The notes under the pieces were generated by a model. It made no database searches and was not told the origin of the DNA. It was given only the letters and a program-made list of their open reading frames with translations. Made by a program: the position numbers and the translations under genes. Below, one piece after another: positions 47,133 through 56,460 of a DNA stretch of 64,000 bases; the first letter of the stretch is position 1; each line of letters starts with the position of its first letter. Origin of the DNA: an uncultured Actinomycetota bacterium (GTDB lineage Bacteria; Actinomycetota; Actinomycetes; Streptomycetales; Streptomycetaceae); contig CAVQCY010000002.1 in the NCBI GenBank assembly GCA_963711125.1, forward strand, positions 1,243,852 through 1,307,851, given 5' to 3'.

Positions 47133-48743
47133 TCAGACCAGCCGGTAGTCGTAGTCCGCGCGGTCCGCGCGTTCGTGGCCCAGCAGCACGAACAGGAAGG
47201 TGCGCTCATCGCCGTCCGCCAGGCCCACCGCCTCGTCGATGGCGATGTTGTCGAAGCCGAGCACCACGCCGCAGCCGACGCCCAGGGCCGCGGCAGTGGT
47301 GTAGGCCGTCTGCGCCAGCCCGCCCACCTCGGCGTTGAGCACCCGGTAGCCGCGGGCTCCGTACGTCTCCAACGTGCTGCGCCACAATCCGGAGATGGCC
47401 AGCACCGCGCCGACCTGCTCCAGGTTGTAGTTGGTGAGGTAGTAGCTGCGTTGCAGCTTCTCCGCGAGCGGCATCTCGCGCACCACCCTGAGCCGGTGGC
47501 CCGCGGCGTCGTACCGGTAGGTACCGGACGGCAACCCGTCGACCCGGTTCGCCAGCACGTACAGCCCGGTCAACCCGACGTCTTCGGGCACCACGTCAGC
47601 GGTGTAGCGCTGGCCGGCCACCGTACCGGCCAGGACGGTCCCCAGTTCGTCCAGACCCAGGAGCCTGGTGCGCACGAACGAACCGAAACTCGTCCGCCGG
47701 GACCGGAGCACCTGCCCGACCCCCCGGCCGAGCCGGCCGTTCAACAGCGGGGGCAACGGCACCTGGACGTCCGACGGCCGGGGCACCGGAACGAGTGCCC
47801 GGGCTGACTCGGGGTCCGGGCGCTCCCGGCGGTCGCCGAGCACCGCCCGGTGCACCTGCTCGACCTGCTCGAAGACCCTTGTGCGCGCCGACCGTTCGAA
47901 GCAGGACCGGTCGACCGTCCAGTCTTGTCCGGCCGCCGCGACCGCGTGGTCCGCCGGTGGGGCACACGGCAGTGGGACGACCGCCAGCACGCTCTCCTCA
48001 TGCGTGCGGAACCCCAACAGCCGGTTCAGCCGCTCGTCGTCGAACCACAGCACCCGCGACAGCCGTCGACCCGTCGCCCGGGCGACCACTTCCCAACCGG
48101 CCAGCAGGGCACCGACGTCCTGGGTCACCACGTGGTAGCAGAAACTGTTGTACTTGAAGGAGTTCTTCCAGAAGCGCACCGCGACCAGTAGGTAACCGTC
48201 GGCCGTACCGTGTGCGGGCCCGGGCCCGCACGCCGCACGGACCTCGTCGGTCGGATCCCCGGCGACCAGCCGTTCGAAGGCGTGGTGCGCGGTCGAGTAG
48301 TGGTAGAGGCCGGGCGTCAACGGGCTGCCGGGACCAGCCGCCCAGTACACCTCCAACGGGTACATTCCTCCACCCGAGGCGGCGCCGCGCCCCCACAGCG
48401 CCTCCGGGTAGAGCACCCGCACGTGGCTGTCCTGGTTCCAGCTCACCCGCAGCCGTCGGTCCAGCACCCCGTAGCACAGCCGCAGCATCCCGGCGAGGGA
48501 GTCCAAGGTCCACGGCGGGCCCGAACCCTCCGGGGGATCTCCGAACAACGCGTCGCCCGTGCCGGCCAGCGGCAGGTCGGCACCGGGCGGCAGCGGGAAG
48601 CGCCGCACCCCCAGGTAGGTCTTGTGCCGGGAGGGCTGGTCCGCCCAGTCCGGGCTGAATCCGATCGGCTCCATCGGCTCCCGGCCACGCCGGAAGACCG
48701 ACTCCACGTAGCGGGTCACGACGCTCGTCGGCTCCTGCGACAC
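47133..48743 (-). CDS. SagB-type (McbC-like, nitroreductase-fold) azoline dehydrogenase
   Basis: Two nitroreductase-like halves are present with FMN-binding residues. GTG at 48743 is preceded by GGAGGAG (an alternative ATG is at 48764). Confidence 0.7.
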   Translation of the reverse strand: MSQEPTSVVTRYVESVFRRGREPMEPIGFSPDWADQPSRHKTYLGVRRFPLPPGADLPLAGTGDALFGDPPEGSGPPWTLDSLAGMLRLCYGVLDRRLRVSWNQDSHVRVLYPEALWGRGAASGGGMYPLEVYWAAGPGSPLTPGLYHYSTAHHAFERLVAGDPTDEVRAACGPGPAHGTADGYLLVAVRFWKNSFKYNSFCYHVVTQDVGALLAGWEVVARATGRRLSRVLWFDDERLNRLLGFRTHEESVLAVVPLPCAPPADHAVAAAGQDWTVDRSCFERSARTRVFEQVEQVHRAVLGDRRERPDPESARALVPVPRPSDVQVPLPPLLNGRLGRGVGQVLRSRRTSFGSFVRTRLLGLDELGTVLAGTVAGQRYTADVVPEDVGLTGLYVLANRVDGLPSGTYRYDAAGHRLRVVREMPLAEKLQRSYYLTNYNLEQVGAVLAISGLWRSTLETYGARGYRVLNAEVGGLAQTAYTTAAALGVGCGVVLGFDNIAIDEAVGLADGDERTFLFVLLGHERADRADYDYRLV

Positions 48744-48811
48744 GGTCTCTCCTCCTGCGGCCATTGAGCCTGGGCGGTCCGTCCGGTGACGGCCACGGGC
48801 GATCGGATCCA

Positions 48812-50761
48812 TCACGGGAACGGGTGCGGTCTGGCGTTCAGGCCGGTCGGGCCGTAGCCCGCACCGGCCGGGTGGACGGTGGCGAGCCGGCCGTCGAGGT
48901 AGGCACCCAGCCGCGGGTGGTCCAGCACCCGCTGCCTTTCCCAACCGAAATCGATCGGCACCAGGCCCGGTGCCATCACGCACAGCGTGTGGATACCGGT
49001 GCCCTCCTGCTCCGGGCACGTCTGGTCCACCGCGACCACGTCGCTGCCGATGGCGCGCAGCCGTTCCAGGACGAAGCGCGCGTCGTCCGCCAAGTCCAGG
49101 GTTGCCGGCCGCTGCTCAAGCCACGGCCGGTACAGTTCCTCCATCGGTCGCGATGGCGCCGCGTCCAGCAGGAAGTCCGCAGTGTGCGCCATCTCGGGCA
49201 GCCCGTACAGCAGGGCGTGGTGCGTCAGTTCGTGCACCCGGGTGTAGTCGCCGGCCATGGCCCGGAGGTCCGCGAGTCTTGCCTCCACCCGTTCGTCCAT
49301 GCCCGGAATGTAGGAGGCGGTCTCCGCGATCGCCGCCCGGACCGCCTCGATCGGCTCCAGACTTGCCCCGCCCGCGAAGCACAGGCGCCCCAGACCCCCG
49401 TCCAGCCGCTCGGCCACCGCCATCACGGCCGGCACCGGGTTGTCCACCCTCATGTCGAACAGTCGCATGCGGTACCCGAGTCGGGCCACCCGATCAAGGA
49501 CGAACCGGACCTCCTCGTCGTCGCAGGTCGACTGGTCGATCTCGGGCAGTCGCGCCCCTCCGTACCAGCACAGCAGGAACGCGTCCCGCTCGATCAACTC
49601 GAGCATGCCGTGCAGGAGCGCCTCCTCCGTGCTGGTGCCGCTGGCGCACCCGTTGGAGCACTCCTGGACGAATTTCCGGTCCGGACGGCGGTCGAGGTAG
49701 AAGACGAGTTGCTCCGGCACCAGCAGCGGCCTCCGCTCGCCGAAGGAGTAGCCCCACACCCAGTGCGTCGGGGTGTCCGGGTGGTAGGGCTGGTAGTAGT
49801 CGCGGTGCCCGGCGTAGAACTCCGGACGGTAGGAGCCGGTGGCCGCCGGGTCGAGTGCGTCGGAGGCCAGGTCCCGATAGCTGCCGTACACCGACGAGGT
49901 CTTGGACCGCGGGAACTGGCCCGCGTAGCGTTCCAGTCCCTCCAGCATCCCGTACCGCTCGCTGCTGGCCGAACTCTGTGACTGCCCGCTCCACCACATC
50001 TCGTGGAAGTCGTACTTGCTGCGCACCCGGAAGTAGCCGCTGACCGGAAGGGTCGCGCTGCACTGGTAGACCCGGCGCGCCGCTCCGGCCAGCGTCCCGC
50101 AGATCTCGTTGACCAGCCCGGCCGTCGGCAACTCCAGGTCTGCCGCGGCTGTGCCTCGGTAACTGGTCGGATGGACCTTCGGACGCGACCGCAAGGGGAG
50201 GGCGGCGTTTTCCGCGGTGTCCGGCACGGGGACGGCACACCGCTCGCACTCGGAGTCGGCGATCAGTTCGTGCCGGGACACCGTCAGGTCCCTGACGTGC
50301 AGTTCGACGATCCGTCCAGGTCGCCGGTCCCCCGGCGGCACGTCGCCGCCCGCTTCGGCGGCCGCTATCCGGGCGATCTGCTCCAGGAGGAACGGCGTCG
50401 GAGCCGGCGGACCGGCCACCATGAAGTCGGCGCCGTCCTCGATCGCCTTCCGCTCCTCGACCGGACGCAGGGCCAGCCACCGGCGTTCCAGGCATCGCAC
50501 GCAGGGCCGACTGTTGCCGTCGGCCCGGTGGAGCGGACCCAGCAGCACGGTCTCGCCGTACAGTCGCACCGGATAGACGAGGTCGCCACCCGACGGTCCC
50601 GGGCGCCGACCGGGCGGCTCCGGCAGGCCGAGCACACCGACGTCGACCCGGATGCCGGTACCGACCGGTCCGGTGAGCTGGCCGCGGACCGCGTCGGCCA
50701 CCTGTGCCAGGGGGTCGTCCGAGAGCGCCGCGGAGGCCGCCGCGTTCCACACCATCGTCAT
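48812..50761 (-). CDS. YcaO-domain cyclodehydratase with fused N-terminal docking/E1-like domain (TOMM C-D fusion)
   Basis: The YcaO ATP-binding region reads ECSNGCASGTSTEEALLHGMLELIERDA. The ATG at 50761 is MTMVWN with a GGGTGG RBS. Confidence 0.8.
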   Translation of the reverse strand: MTMVWNAAASAALSDDPLAQVADAVRGQLTGPVGTGIRVDVGVLGLPEPPGRRPGPSGGDLVYPVRLYGETVLLGPLHRADGNSRPCVRCLERRWLALRPVEERKAIEDGADFMVAGPPAPTPFLLEQIARIAAAEAGGDVPPGDRRPGRIVELHVRDLTVSRHELIADSECERCAVPVPDTAENAALPLRSRPKVHPTSYRGTAAADLELPTAGLVNEICGTLAGAARRVYQCSATLPVSGYFRVRSKYDFHEMWWSGQSQSSASSERYGMLEGLERYAGQFPRSKTSSVYGSYRDLASDALDPAATGSYRPEFYAGHRDYYQPYHPDTPTHWVWGYSFGERRPLLVPEQLVFYLDRRPDRKFVQECSNGCASGTSTEEALLHGMLELIERDAFLLCWYGGARLPEIDQSTCDDEEVRFVLDRVARLGYRMRLFDMRVDNPVPAVMAVAERLDGGLGRLCFAGGASLEPIEAVRAAIAETASYIPGMDERVEARLADLRAMAGDYTRVHELTHHALLYGLPEMAHTADFLLDAAPSRPMEELYRPWLEQRPATLDLADDARFVLERLRAIGSDVVAVDQTCPEQEGTGIHTLCVMAPGLVPIDFGWERQRVLDHPRLGAYLDGRLATVHPAGAGYGPTGLNARPHPFP

Positions 50762-50925
50762 CGGTCCACCCAGTCGCTCGCTACGGGTTCGGTCAGGCAC
50801 GGGTCGTTCCGTGATGGCGGACTGCCCGCATGGTCCGGCCCGGCCGGGTCACGCGGGCAGCCGCACGTTTCACACTGGACGGTCGGGCAGGTCACGCGGT
50901 CCGCCGCCCCCGACGCCGGGAGGCG

Positions 50926-51099
50926 TCAGCTGGTGCTGGTGCTGCAGGAGCAGCAGCTGCTGGTCGAGCAGGAGCAGCAGCTGGAGCACGAGCAGCTGGA
51001 GCTGGAGAACGCCAGCTCGACCGACTCGTCGGTCATCTCCTCGATCTCGAACGTCGCGCTCTCCAGAGCGCTCAGCTCGTCTCTCAGTTCAACGGACAT
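50926..51099 (-). CDS. RiPP precursor peptide (57 aa): 30-aa acidic leader + 27-aa Cys/Ser/Thr core
   Basis: The peptide is MSVELRDELSALESATFEIEEMTDESVELA-FSSSSCSCSSCCSCSTSSCCSCSTSTS. The RBS GGAAGGA lies 6 nt upstream. It sits between the E1-like and YcaO genes. Confidence 0.8.
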   Translation of the reverse strand: MSVELRDELSALESATFEIEEMTDESVELAFSSSSCSCSSCCSCSTSSCCSCSTSTS

Positions 51100-51185
51100 G
51101 GCGATCCTTCCCTGTGTGGGATGAAACCTCGGAACGGCTGTTCCGAGAACCGTGGCGCGCCCCGAGGGCGCGGTCGGTGCGGTGG

Positions 51186-53339
51186 TCACGGGTACGCGGC
51201 GAGGAGGACCGTTCCGGTGACCATGCCTCGGACTGCGTGCAGGTCGATCGTGGTGGTGTCGGCGAACAGGGCCTGAGTACCGGCCCCGGCCAGTTCTTCG
51301 AGGACCCTCGCCAGTGGGAGGGCTGGGGAGTCGAACAACCAGCCGTTCTCGGTGCCCGCCACCTTCAGCAGCCTGGGGTCGAAGTCGGCCAGCAGAGGAT
51401 CCCCGAGATCAGCCGGGGCCCCGTCGTCGTGCCGGCGCACCGCGCATCCGACGGCGTCGAGCACTGCCTGACGCACGGCGCCGCGTGCCGACAACGCCGC
51501 GCCGACCGCCCAGTCGGCCGGCCCCCCACCGGAGTCCTCGACGACAGCCAGGACCGCGAAGACCGGTGCCGCGCCCGGCAGGGCATACACCTGGGCCCGC
51601 CGTCCGATGTGTCGCACGCTGCCGAGTACGAAGGCCGCCTCCTCGTCCCCGGCCAGCCACCCGTCGGCGAGGGTTCGAGCCGGTGCCCCGCCGTCGACGG
51701 CGCGGACCAGTCCGCGCCGGGCCAGCGCGGAGGCGAGGCCGCGTTCCCTGACCTCGGCGAGGGTCCAGCCGACCGCGGCCCCGGCCGGGGTGGGTTCGAA
51801 GAGCAGGGCGCTGTTGGCCGGGGAGAGTGGATAGACGGCGGCAGTGGGCACCTGCCGGGTGGTGCCGCCGTGCAGCGACACCGCGGGCAGCCACCCGCCG
51901 TCGGGTCCGCCCGGCGGCACCGCCAGGCCGCTGGACAGTTCCAGCGACTCGGCCGGCACCTCCTCGCCGTCCTGCCGTGTGACGGTGTCCCGCGGTCCGG
52001 CCGGACCGAGCCGCCCCACGTAGCAGGAGACAGCCGACCGCACCGCGAGCGTGCGCGCGGCCAACGTGGTGTCGACGTCGAACGCGCAGATCTCCCGGGG
52101 GCCTTCGGCCAGCGAGCCGACCGGACCGAGCCGCACGCGGCCGGTCTTCAGCGGGATCTGGCGGACGGACTCGTCGGTCCACTCGGACAGGACTCCGAAC
52201 CGGGGCGAGACCAGGACGGCCGCCCGACCGTGCGCCGCGCTGGTGTCCACCGGCGGGAGCGGCTCTTGCGGGGCCGCCTTCGCATGGCGTAGCGGACACC
52301 CCGGGTGCGGCAGAACGCGCTCGCGCTGGGACTCCAGCGTGGTGAGGTCCTGTACCACGGCATGCCGCTCATCGTCAGGCCGCAACTGCCCGGTGCCTAG
52401 GCGGAAGACCTCGAAGGCCACCGCGTTGCCGACCATGCTCCGGGTCACCTGGCCACCTGCGGTTGCGGGGTGCCCGACCGGCCCTATCGCCAGGCCGCGC
52501 CAGAAATCGGCGGCCAGTCGTGGGTCGGAGTTCGCGGCCAGCCGCAACTGGGCGCACATCCAGCAGGGTTGTTCCACCGACGCCCCGCTGATGGGGCCCA
52601 GTACCACCCGGCCGGGGTCAGCCACCACCGGGAACAGTCTTGGGGGGCGCTCCAGAGCACTCATGGTCCGGGTCAGTTCGAGCAGAGCCGCCGTGTGCGA
52701 GCTGTCGCAGGCATGGACGACGACGTCGAAGTCAGCCAGGTCCTGCCCAGCCCTGGGGCACACCACCACTCGGGCCGGCACACCGGACTCGGCCAGGAGG
52801 GAGATCTCCTTTTCGAACCAGCCGCCCCACGTCGTGTCGTTCAGGGTCACCTCGGCGAGGCCATTGCGCAGCAGACCCCGAACCGCCGCAGCGGACATCT
52901 CACCGGGCGGGCCGCTCACCAGCACCCGGAGGGACCGGAAGCGTGCGAACAGCTCCTGAGGCGTTCCGGGGTCCCCGTGCGTGAAGTGCTCGACGAAATT
53001 GACCTGCGACGCGAACCGACCAAGCACGGCCAGCGGCAGCGTTTCGCTGTCGGGAGCGGGTACCGCTCTTGCGAATCCACGTTTGAGGAGCGTGCTCATC
53101 AGCCCCATCGCGGTTTTCTGTCGGTTTTCGTCGAGTCCCTCGCACAGTTCCGCGACGGTTGACTCACCGGTCATCCGGGGGCCGAGGGCCGACATCCACT
53201 CGTATGCTCCCGGGCCTTTCAGAACGCAGGATGTCTCGGAGCTCCTGAGGTAAATTCCAGTATCGACCCGCAAAAACACGACGTCGTTACGGAGCCGGGG
53301 CCTAAGGCTCGCCAGGGGCATCTCACCGGCCGTTCTCAT
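51186..53339 (-). CDS. E1-like (ThiF/Ocin-ThiF-like) TOMM maturation/scaffold protein with long C-terminal extension
   Basis: The Rossmann-like region VVCPRAGQDLADFDVVVHACD and the CxxC region CWMCAQLRL are present. It is the first gene of the operon. An AT-richer promoter region lies upstream (53340-53540). Confidence 0.55.
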   Translation of the reverse strand: MRTAGEMPLASLRPRLRNDVVFLRVDTGIYLRSSETSCVLKGPGAYEWMSALGPRMTGESTVAELCEGLDENRQKTAMGLMSTLLKRGFARAVPAPDSETLPLAVLGRFASQVNFVEHFTHGDPGTPQELFARFRSLRVLVSGPPGEMSAAAVRGLLRNGLAEVTLNDTTWGGWFEKEISLLAESGVPARVVVCPRAGQDLADFDVVVHACDSSHTAALLELTRTMSALERPPRLFPVVADPGRVVLGPISGASVEQPCWMCAQLRLAANSDPRLAADFWRGLAIGPVGHPATAGGQVTRSMVGNAVAFEVFRLGTGQLRPDDERHAVVQDLTTLESQRERVLPHPGCPLRHAKAAPQEPLPPVDTSAAHGRAAVLVSPRFGVLSEWTDESVRQIPLKTGRVRLGPVGSLAEGPREICAFDVDTTLAARTLAVRSAVSCYVGRLGPAGPRDTVTRQDGEEVPAESLELSSGLAVPPGGPDGGWLPAVSLHGGTTRQVPTAAVYPLSPANSALLFEPTPAGAAVGWTLAEVRERGLASALARRGLVRAVDGGAPARTLADGWLAGDEEAAFVLGSVRHIGRRAQVYALPGAAPVFAVLAVVEDSGGGPADWAVGAALSARGAVRQAVLDAVGCAVRRHDDGAPADLGDPLLADFDPRLLKVAGTENGWLFDSPALPLARVLEELAGAGTQALFADTTTIDLHAVRGMVTGTVLLAAYP

Positions 53340-53599
53340 GCGGCCCCCTTCATAGGATCGGTCGAAATACCACAGTCAAAGAACGGGTAAAGTGCCTGCG
53401 TTCAACGGGGATTGTGACCCATCGGTGAAGGGGCGTCAACGGTTGGGTTCGAAATTGGCAGCACAATGCCGGGCATCACGTCGTGAACAAGTCACCTTGC
53501 CTGGAAAGAGATGTTCCTGTGCATTAGCCTCGATCTCTCGTGACGGCCGGTCGGATTCACTGGCGGGCCGTTTCGGCTGTTTGGGCTGGTGGCTGGCGG

Positions 53600-53968
53600 G
53601 TCCGTGGCCCGGCTGCCGCGTTCGTCGGTCCGGACGCGGGAGCCGCGGAGCAGCCGGCGATCGCCACGGGGTTCGAGGCGGGCGGCGGCAAGCGCCTGTC
53701 GTCACCGGAGAAGGTCGTGAACCAGATGACCAGGAGCCTGCGGGCACCGGTCGAGCACGGCTTCGCGAGCCTGAAGACCTTCCGGACGACGGTGCATGCA
53801 CCCGCGGCACGCGACCGTGCCGGTACGGGACATGCTGGTGCTGACGCACCACCAGGTGGCTCGGTGACCGATGATCTCCCCGCGACGATCACCGTGGTGA
53901 GGTGCGCGAGTACCCCGACGACTCGTCACCAGAACCGTTGACCTGCACGAATCACGATGAACTCCCGC
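53600..53968 (+). pseudogene. 3' remnant of an IS of the same family as 5621-7278 (transposase C-terminus plus degenerate right IR)
   Basis: FVGPDAGAAEQPAIATGF...RLSSPEKVVNQMTRSLRAPVEHGFASLKTFR aligns with the intact transposase C-terminus (FVGLDDSGPDADPAVITGY...RAPVEHGFAHLKNWR). ACCTGCACGAATCACGATGAACTCC at 53941-53965 resembles the right IR ACCTGCAGTTTTCACGATGCACACTGCC. Confidence 0.5.
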
Positions 53969-55961
53969 ACCGGGGTGTTCCGGTGCGGGCGCGGTGCCAG
54001 GCGCCGTCGGCGAGCAGGCGCAGCCCGTTGAGGCCGACGATGACGGTGGAGCCTTCGTGGCCGGCGACGCCGAGCGGCAGTGGCAGGTGGCCGGCGAGGT
54101 CCCAGATGACCAGGCCGGTGATGAACACCGAGGCGATGACCAGGTTCTGCACCACCAGACGGCGGGCCCGACGGGACAGGCTGACAGCGGTGGGCACGGT
54201 GGCGAGTTCGTCGCGGACGATGACGGCGTCCGCGGTCTCCAGGGCGAGGTCGGATCCGGCCCGGCCCATGGCGATGCCGGTGTGCGCGGCGGCGAGTGCG
54301 GGTGCGTCGTTGACGCCGTCGCCCACCACCAGGACGTTGTGGCCGGCCTGCTCGGCTTCCTTGACCGCGGTGACCTTGTCCTGGGGCAGCAGGCCTGCGC
54401 GCACGTCAGTGATGCCGACCTCGTTGGCCAGGCGGGCGGCGGCACGCGGGTTGTCGCCGGTCAGCAGCATCGGACTGGTGCCGGTGAGCCGGCCGAGGGC
54501 GGTGACGGTGGCAGCGGCCTCGGACCGCAGTCGGTCGGCGATGCCCAGGACGCCGACCGGGCGGCCGTCGCGCTGCACCAGGACGGCGGTGTGTCCGCTG
54601 TCCTCCAGTTCGCCGACGACGACCGCGGCCCGGGCCGCGGTACTGTCCCGGCCCGGCTGCTTGAGCAGTCGGGCCGGGGCGCCCACGCCGATGGTGGAAC
54701 CGTCGAGGACGGCGCCGACGCCGACGCCGGGGACGGAGACGAAGCCACTCACGGCCGGCACGTCCAGGCCGCGCTCGCGGGCCGCGCCGACGAGGGCGTG
54801 GGCCAGCGGGTGCTCGCTGGGATGCTCGGCTGCTGCGGCCAGGACCAGGAGGGTGTCGTCGTCCATGCCGGAGCCGGCTAGGGGGCGGATCGCGGCCACG
54901 CGGGGCGTGCCCTCGGTCAGGGTGCCGGTCTTGTCCATCGCTACGGCATCCACCTGCCCGAGGCGTTCCATCACCACCGCGGACTTGATGAGCACGCCGT
55001 GGCGGCCGGCGTTGGCGATCGCGGACAGCAGCGGTGGCATGGTGGCCAGCACCACCGCGCACGGCGAGGCGACGATCATGAAGGTCATGGCGCGCAGCAG
55101 CGACCCGGTCAGCGTCGCGCCGAACGCCAGCGGGATCAGGAAGACGGCCAGGGCCGCGGCGATCATGCCGAGGCTGTAGCGCTGTTCGACCTTCTCGATG
55201 AACAGCTGGGTGGGTGCCTTGGTCCGGGAAGCTTCCTCGACCATGGCCACAATCCGGGCGATCACCGACTCCGACGAGTCGCGCTCGACCTTGATCCGCA
55301 GTGCGCCGGTCCCGTTCAAGGTGCCCGCGAACACCTCGTCCCCGGCCTGCTTGGCCACCGGCAGGGGCTCTCCGGTGATCGTTGCCTGGTCGACGTCGCT
55401 CGACCCGTCCAGCACGCGACCGTCGGCGCCGATGCGCTCACCGGGGCGCACCATGACGGTGTCGCCGACCGCGAGCCAGCCGGTCTCCACGGTGGTCTCC
55501 GTACCGTCGTCGGCGAGCAGGCAGGCCGTGGTCGGGGCGACGTCGAGCAGCCCGCGCACGGCGTCCTGGGTGCGGGCGGTCGCCAGGGCTTCCAGGGCGC
55601 CGGAGGTGGCGAAGATGACGATCAGCAGAGCACCGTCCATGACCTGTCCGATGGCGGCGGCACCGAGCGCGGCGACGATCATCAGCAGATCGACGTCCAG
55701 CGTCCTGTCCTTCAACGCCTGCAGTCCCGCCCAGCCCGGCTCCCAGCCGCCGGCCGCGTACGTCAGCGCGTACGACGGTCCCCATGCCCATGCTGGGGTG
55801 CCGGTCAGCTGCAGCGGCAGCGCGATCAGGAACAGCACCAGGGCGGCGGTGGCCCAGCGGGCCTCGGCCAGAGCGAGCACCCGGGTGCGCCGCCGTGGGA
55901 CGGCGGCAGGCGTGTGCCGGGACGGGGCCTGGACCGGACGCTGATCGAGGGCAGCGGGCAT
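53952..55961 (-). CDS. P1B-type heavy-metal-translocating ATPase (SPC motif, P1B-4-like)
   Basis: The TM6 motif SPCAVV, the phosphorylation motif DKTGTLT, the nucleotide-binding GDGVNDAP and a HP dipeptide are present. The last about 15 codons overlap IS-IR-like sequence. Confidence 0.8.
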   Translation of the reverse strand: MPAALDQRPVQAPSRHTPAAVPRRRTRVLALAEARWATAALVLFLIALPLQLTGTPAWAWGPSYALTYAAGGWEPGWAGLQALKDRTLDVDLLMIVAALGAAAIGQVMDGALLIVIFATSGALEALATARTQDAVRGLLDVAPTTACLLADDGTETTVETGWLAVGDTVMVRPGERIGADGRVLDGSSDVDQATITGEPLPVAKQAGDEVFAGTLNGTGALRIKVERDSSESVIARIVAMVEEASRTKAPTQLFIEKVEQRYSLGMIAAALAVFLIPLAFGATLTGSLLRAMTFMIVASPCAVVLATMPPLLSAIANAGRHGVLIKSAVVMERLGQVDAVAMDKTGTLTEGTPRVAAIRPLAGSGMDDDTLLVLAAAAEHPSEHPLAHALVGAARERGLDVPAVSGFVSVPGVGVGAVLDGSTIGVGAPARLLKQPGRDSTAARAAVVVGELEDSGHTAVLVQRDGRPVGVLGIADRLRSEAAATVTALGRLTGTSPMLLTGDNPRAAARLANEVGITDVRAGLLPQDKVTAVKEAEQAGHNVLVVGDGVNDAPALAAAHTGIAMGRAGSDLALETADAVIVRDELATVPTAVSLSRRARRLVVQNLVIASVFITGLVIWDLAGHLPLPLGVAGHEGSTVIVGLNGLRLLADGAWHRARTGTPRCGSSS

Positions 55962-56023
55962 GGCGGGAGCGGTTCCTTCGCGCGAGGAGCGGGTAAGTCT
56001 CTCCCACCGTAACAGGAACACTT

Positions 56024-56048
56024 GAATAGCCGTTCATGAATTCATTCC
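56024..56048. promoter_or_regulatory. Candidate ArsR/SmtB operator: overlapping palindromes TTCATGAATTCATTC in the divergent intergenic region
   Basis: An AT-rich island sits between the divergently transcribed ATPase and arsR-like genes. ATGAATTCAT is a perfect 10-bp palindrome. Confidence 0.3.
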
Positions 56049-56061
56049 TTAGGATGATGCC

Positions 56062-56460
56062 ATGGGTCACGGAGCGAACACCACCGACAGCACGCCGCCG
56101 CGCACCCGTCTGACGACCGCCAACGCCGCGCAGGTCGCCACCACGCTGCAGGCCCTGTCCACACCCTCCCGGCTGCTGATCCTGGCCCGCCTGCGCGAAG
56201 GGCCGCTGGCCGCGACCGAGCTGGCCGCGGCCGTCGGGATGGAGCAGTCCGCGTGCTCCCACCAACTGCGCCTGCTGCGCAACCTCGGCCTGGTCACCGG
56301 CACCCGCCAGGGCCGCTCCGTTGTCTACGCCCTGCATGACCACCACGTCGCCGAACTCCTCGACCAGGCCGTCCACCACATCGAGCACCTGCGGCTGGGA
56401 GTCGTCGACGCCCCGAGTACGGTCAGCGCCGTGTCCGCGCCGGGGTCCTCGCTGTCCTGA
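56062..56460 (+). CDS. ArsR/SmtB-family metalloregulator
   Basis: The wHTH reads LLILARLREGPLAATELAAAVGMEQSACSHQLRLLRNLGLV. His-rich C-terminal metal-site candidates (HDHHVAELLDQAVHHIEH) suggest an alpha5-type site. Confidence 0.8.
   Translation: MGHGANTTDSTPPRTRLTTANAAQVATTLQALSTPSRLLILARLREGPLAATELAAAVGMEQSACSHQLRLLRNLGLVTGTRQGRSVVYALHDHHVAELLDQAVHHIEHLRLGVVDAPSTVSAVSAPGSSLS

Noticed and set aside
48743-48812. 70-bp overlap between YcaO 3' end and SagB-type dehydrogenase 5' end
   Set aside because: Probably reflects start-codon uncertainty (the alternative ATG at 48764 still overlaps) or genuine coupling. There is not enough evidence to call a frameshift.
53440-53460. tRNA-like T-loop string GGTTCGAAAT
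   Set aside because: No acceptor stem, anticodon arm or D-arm can be built around it. It lies in the AT-richer promoter region of the RiPP operon.
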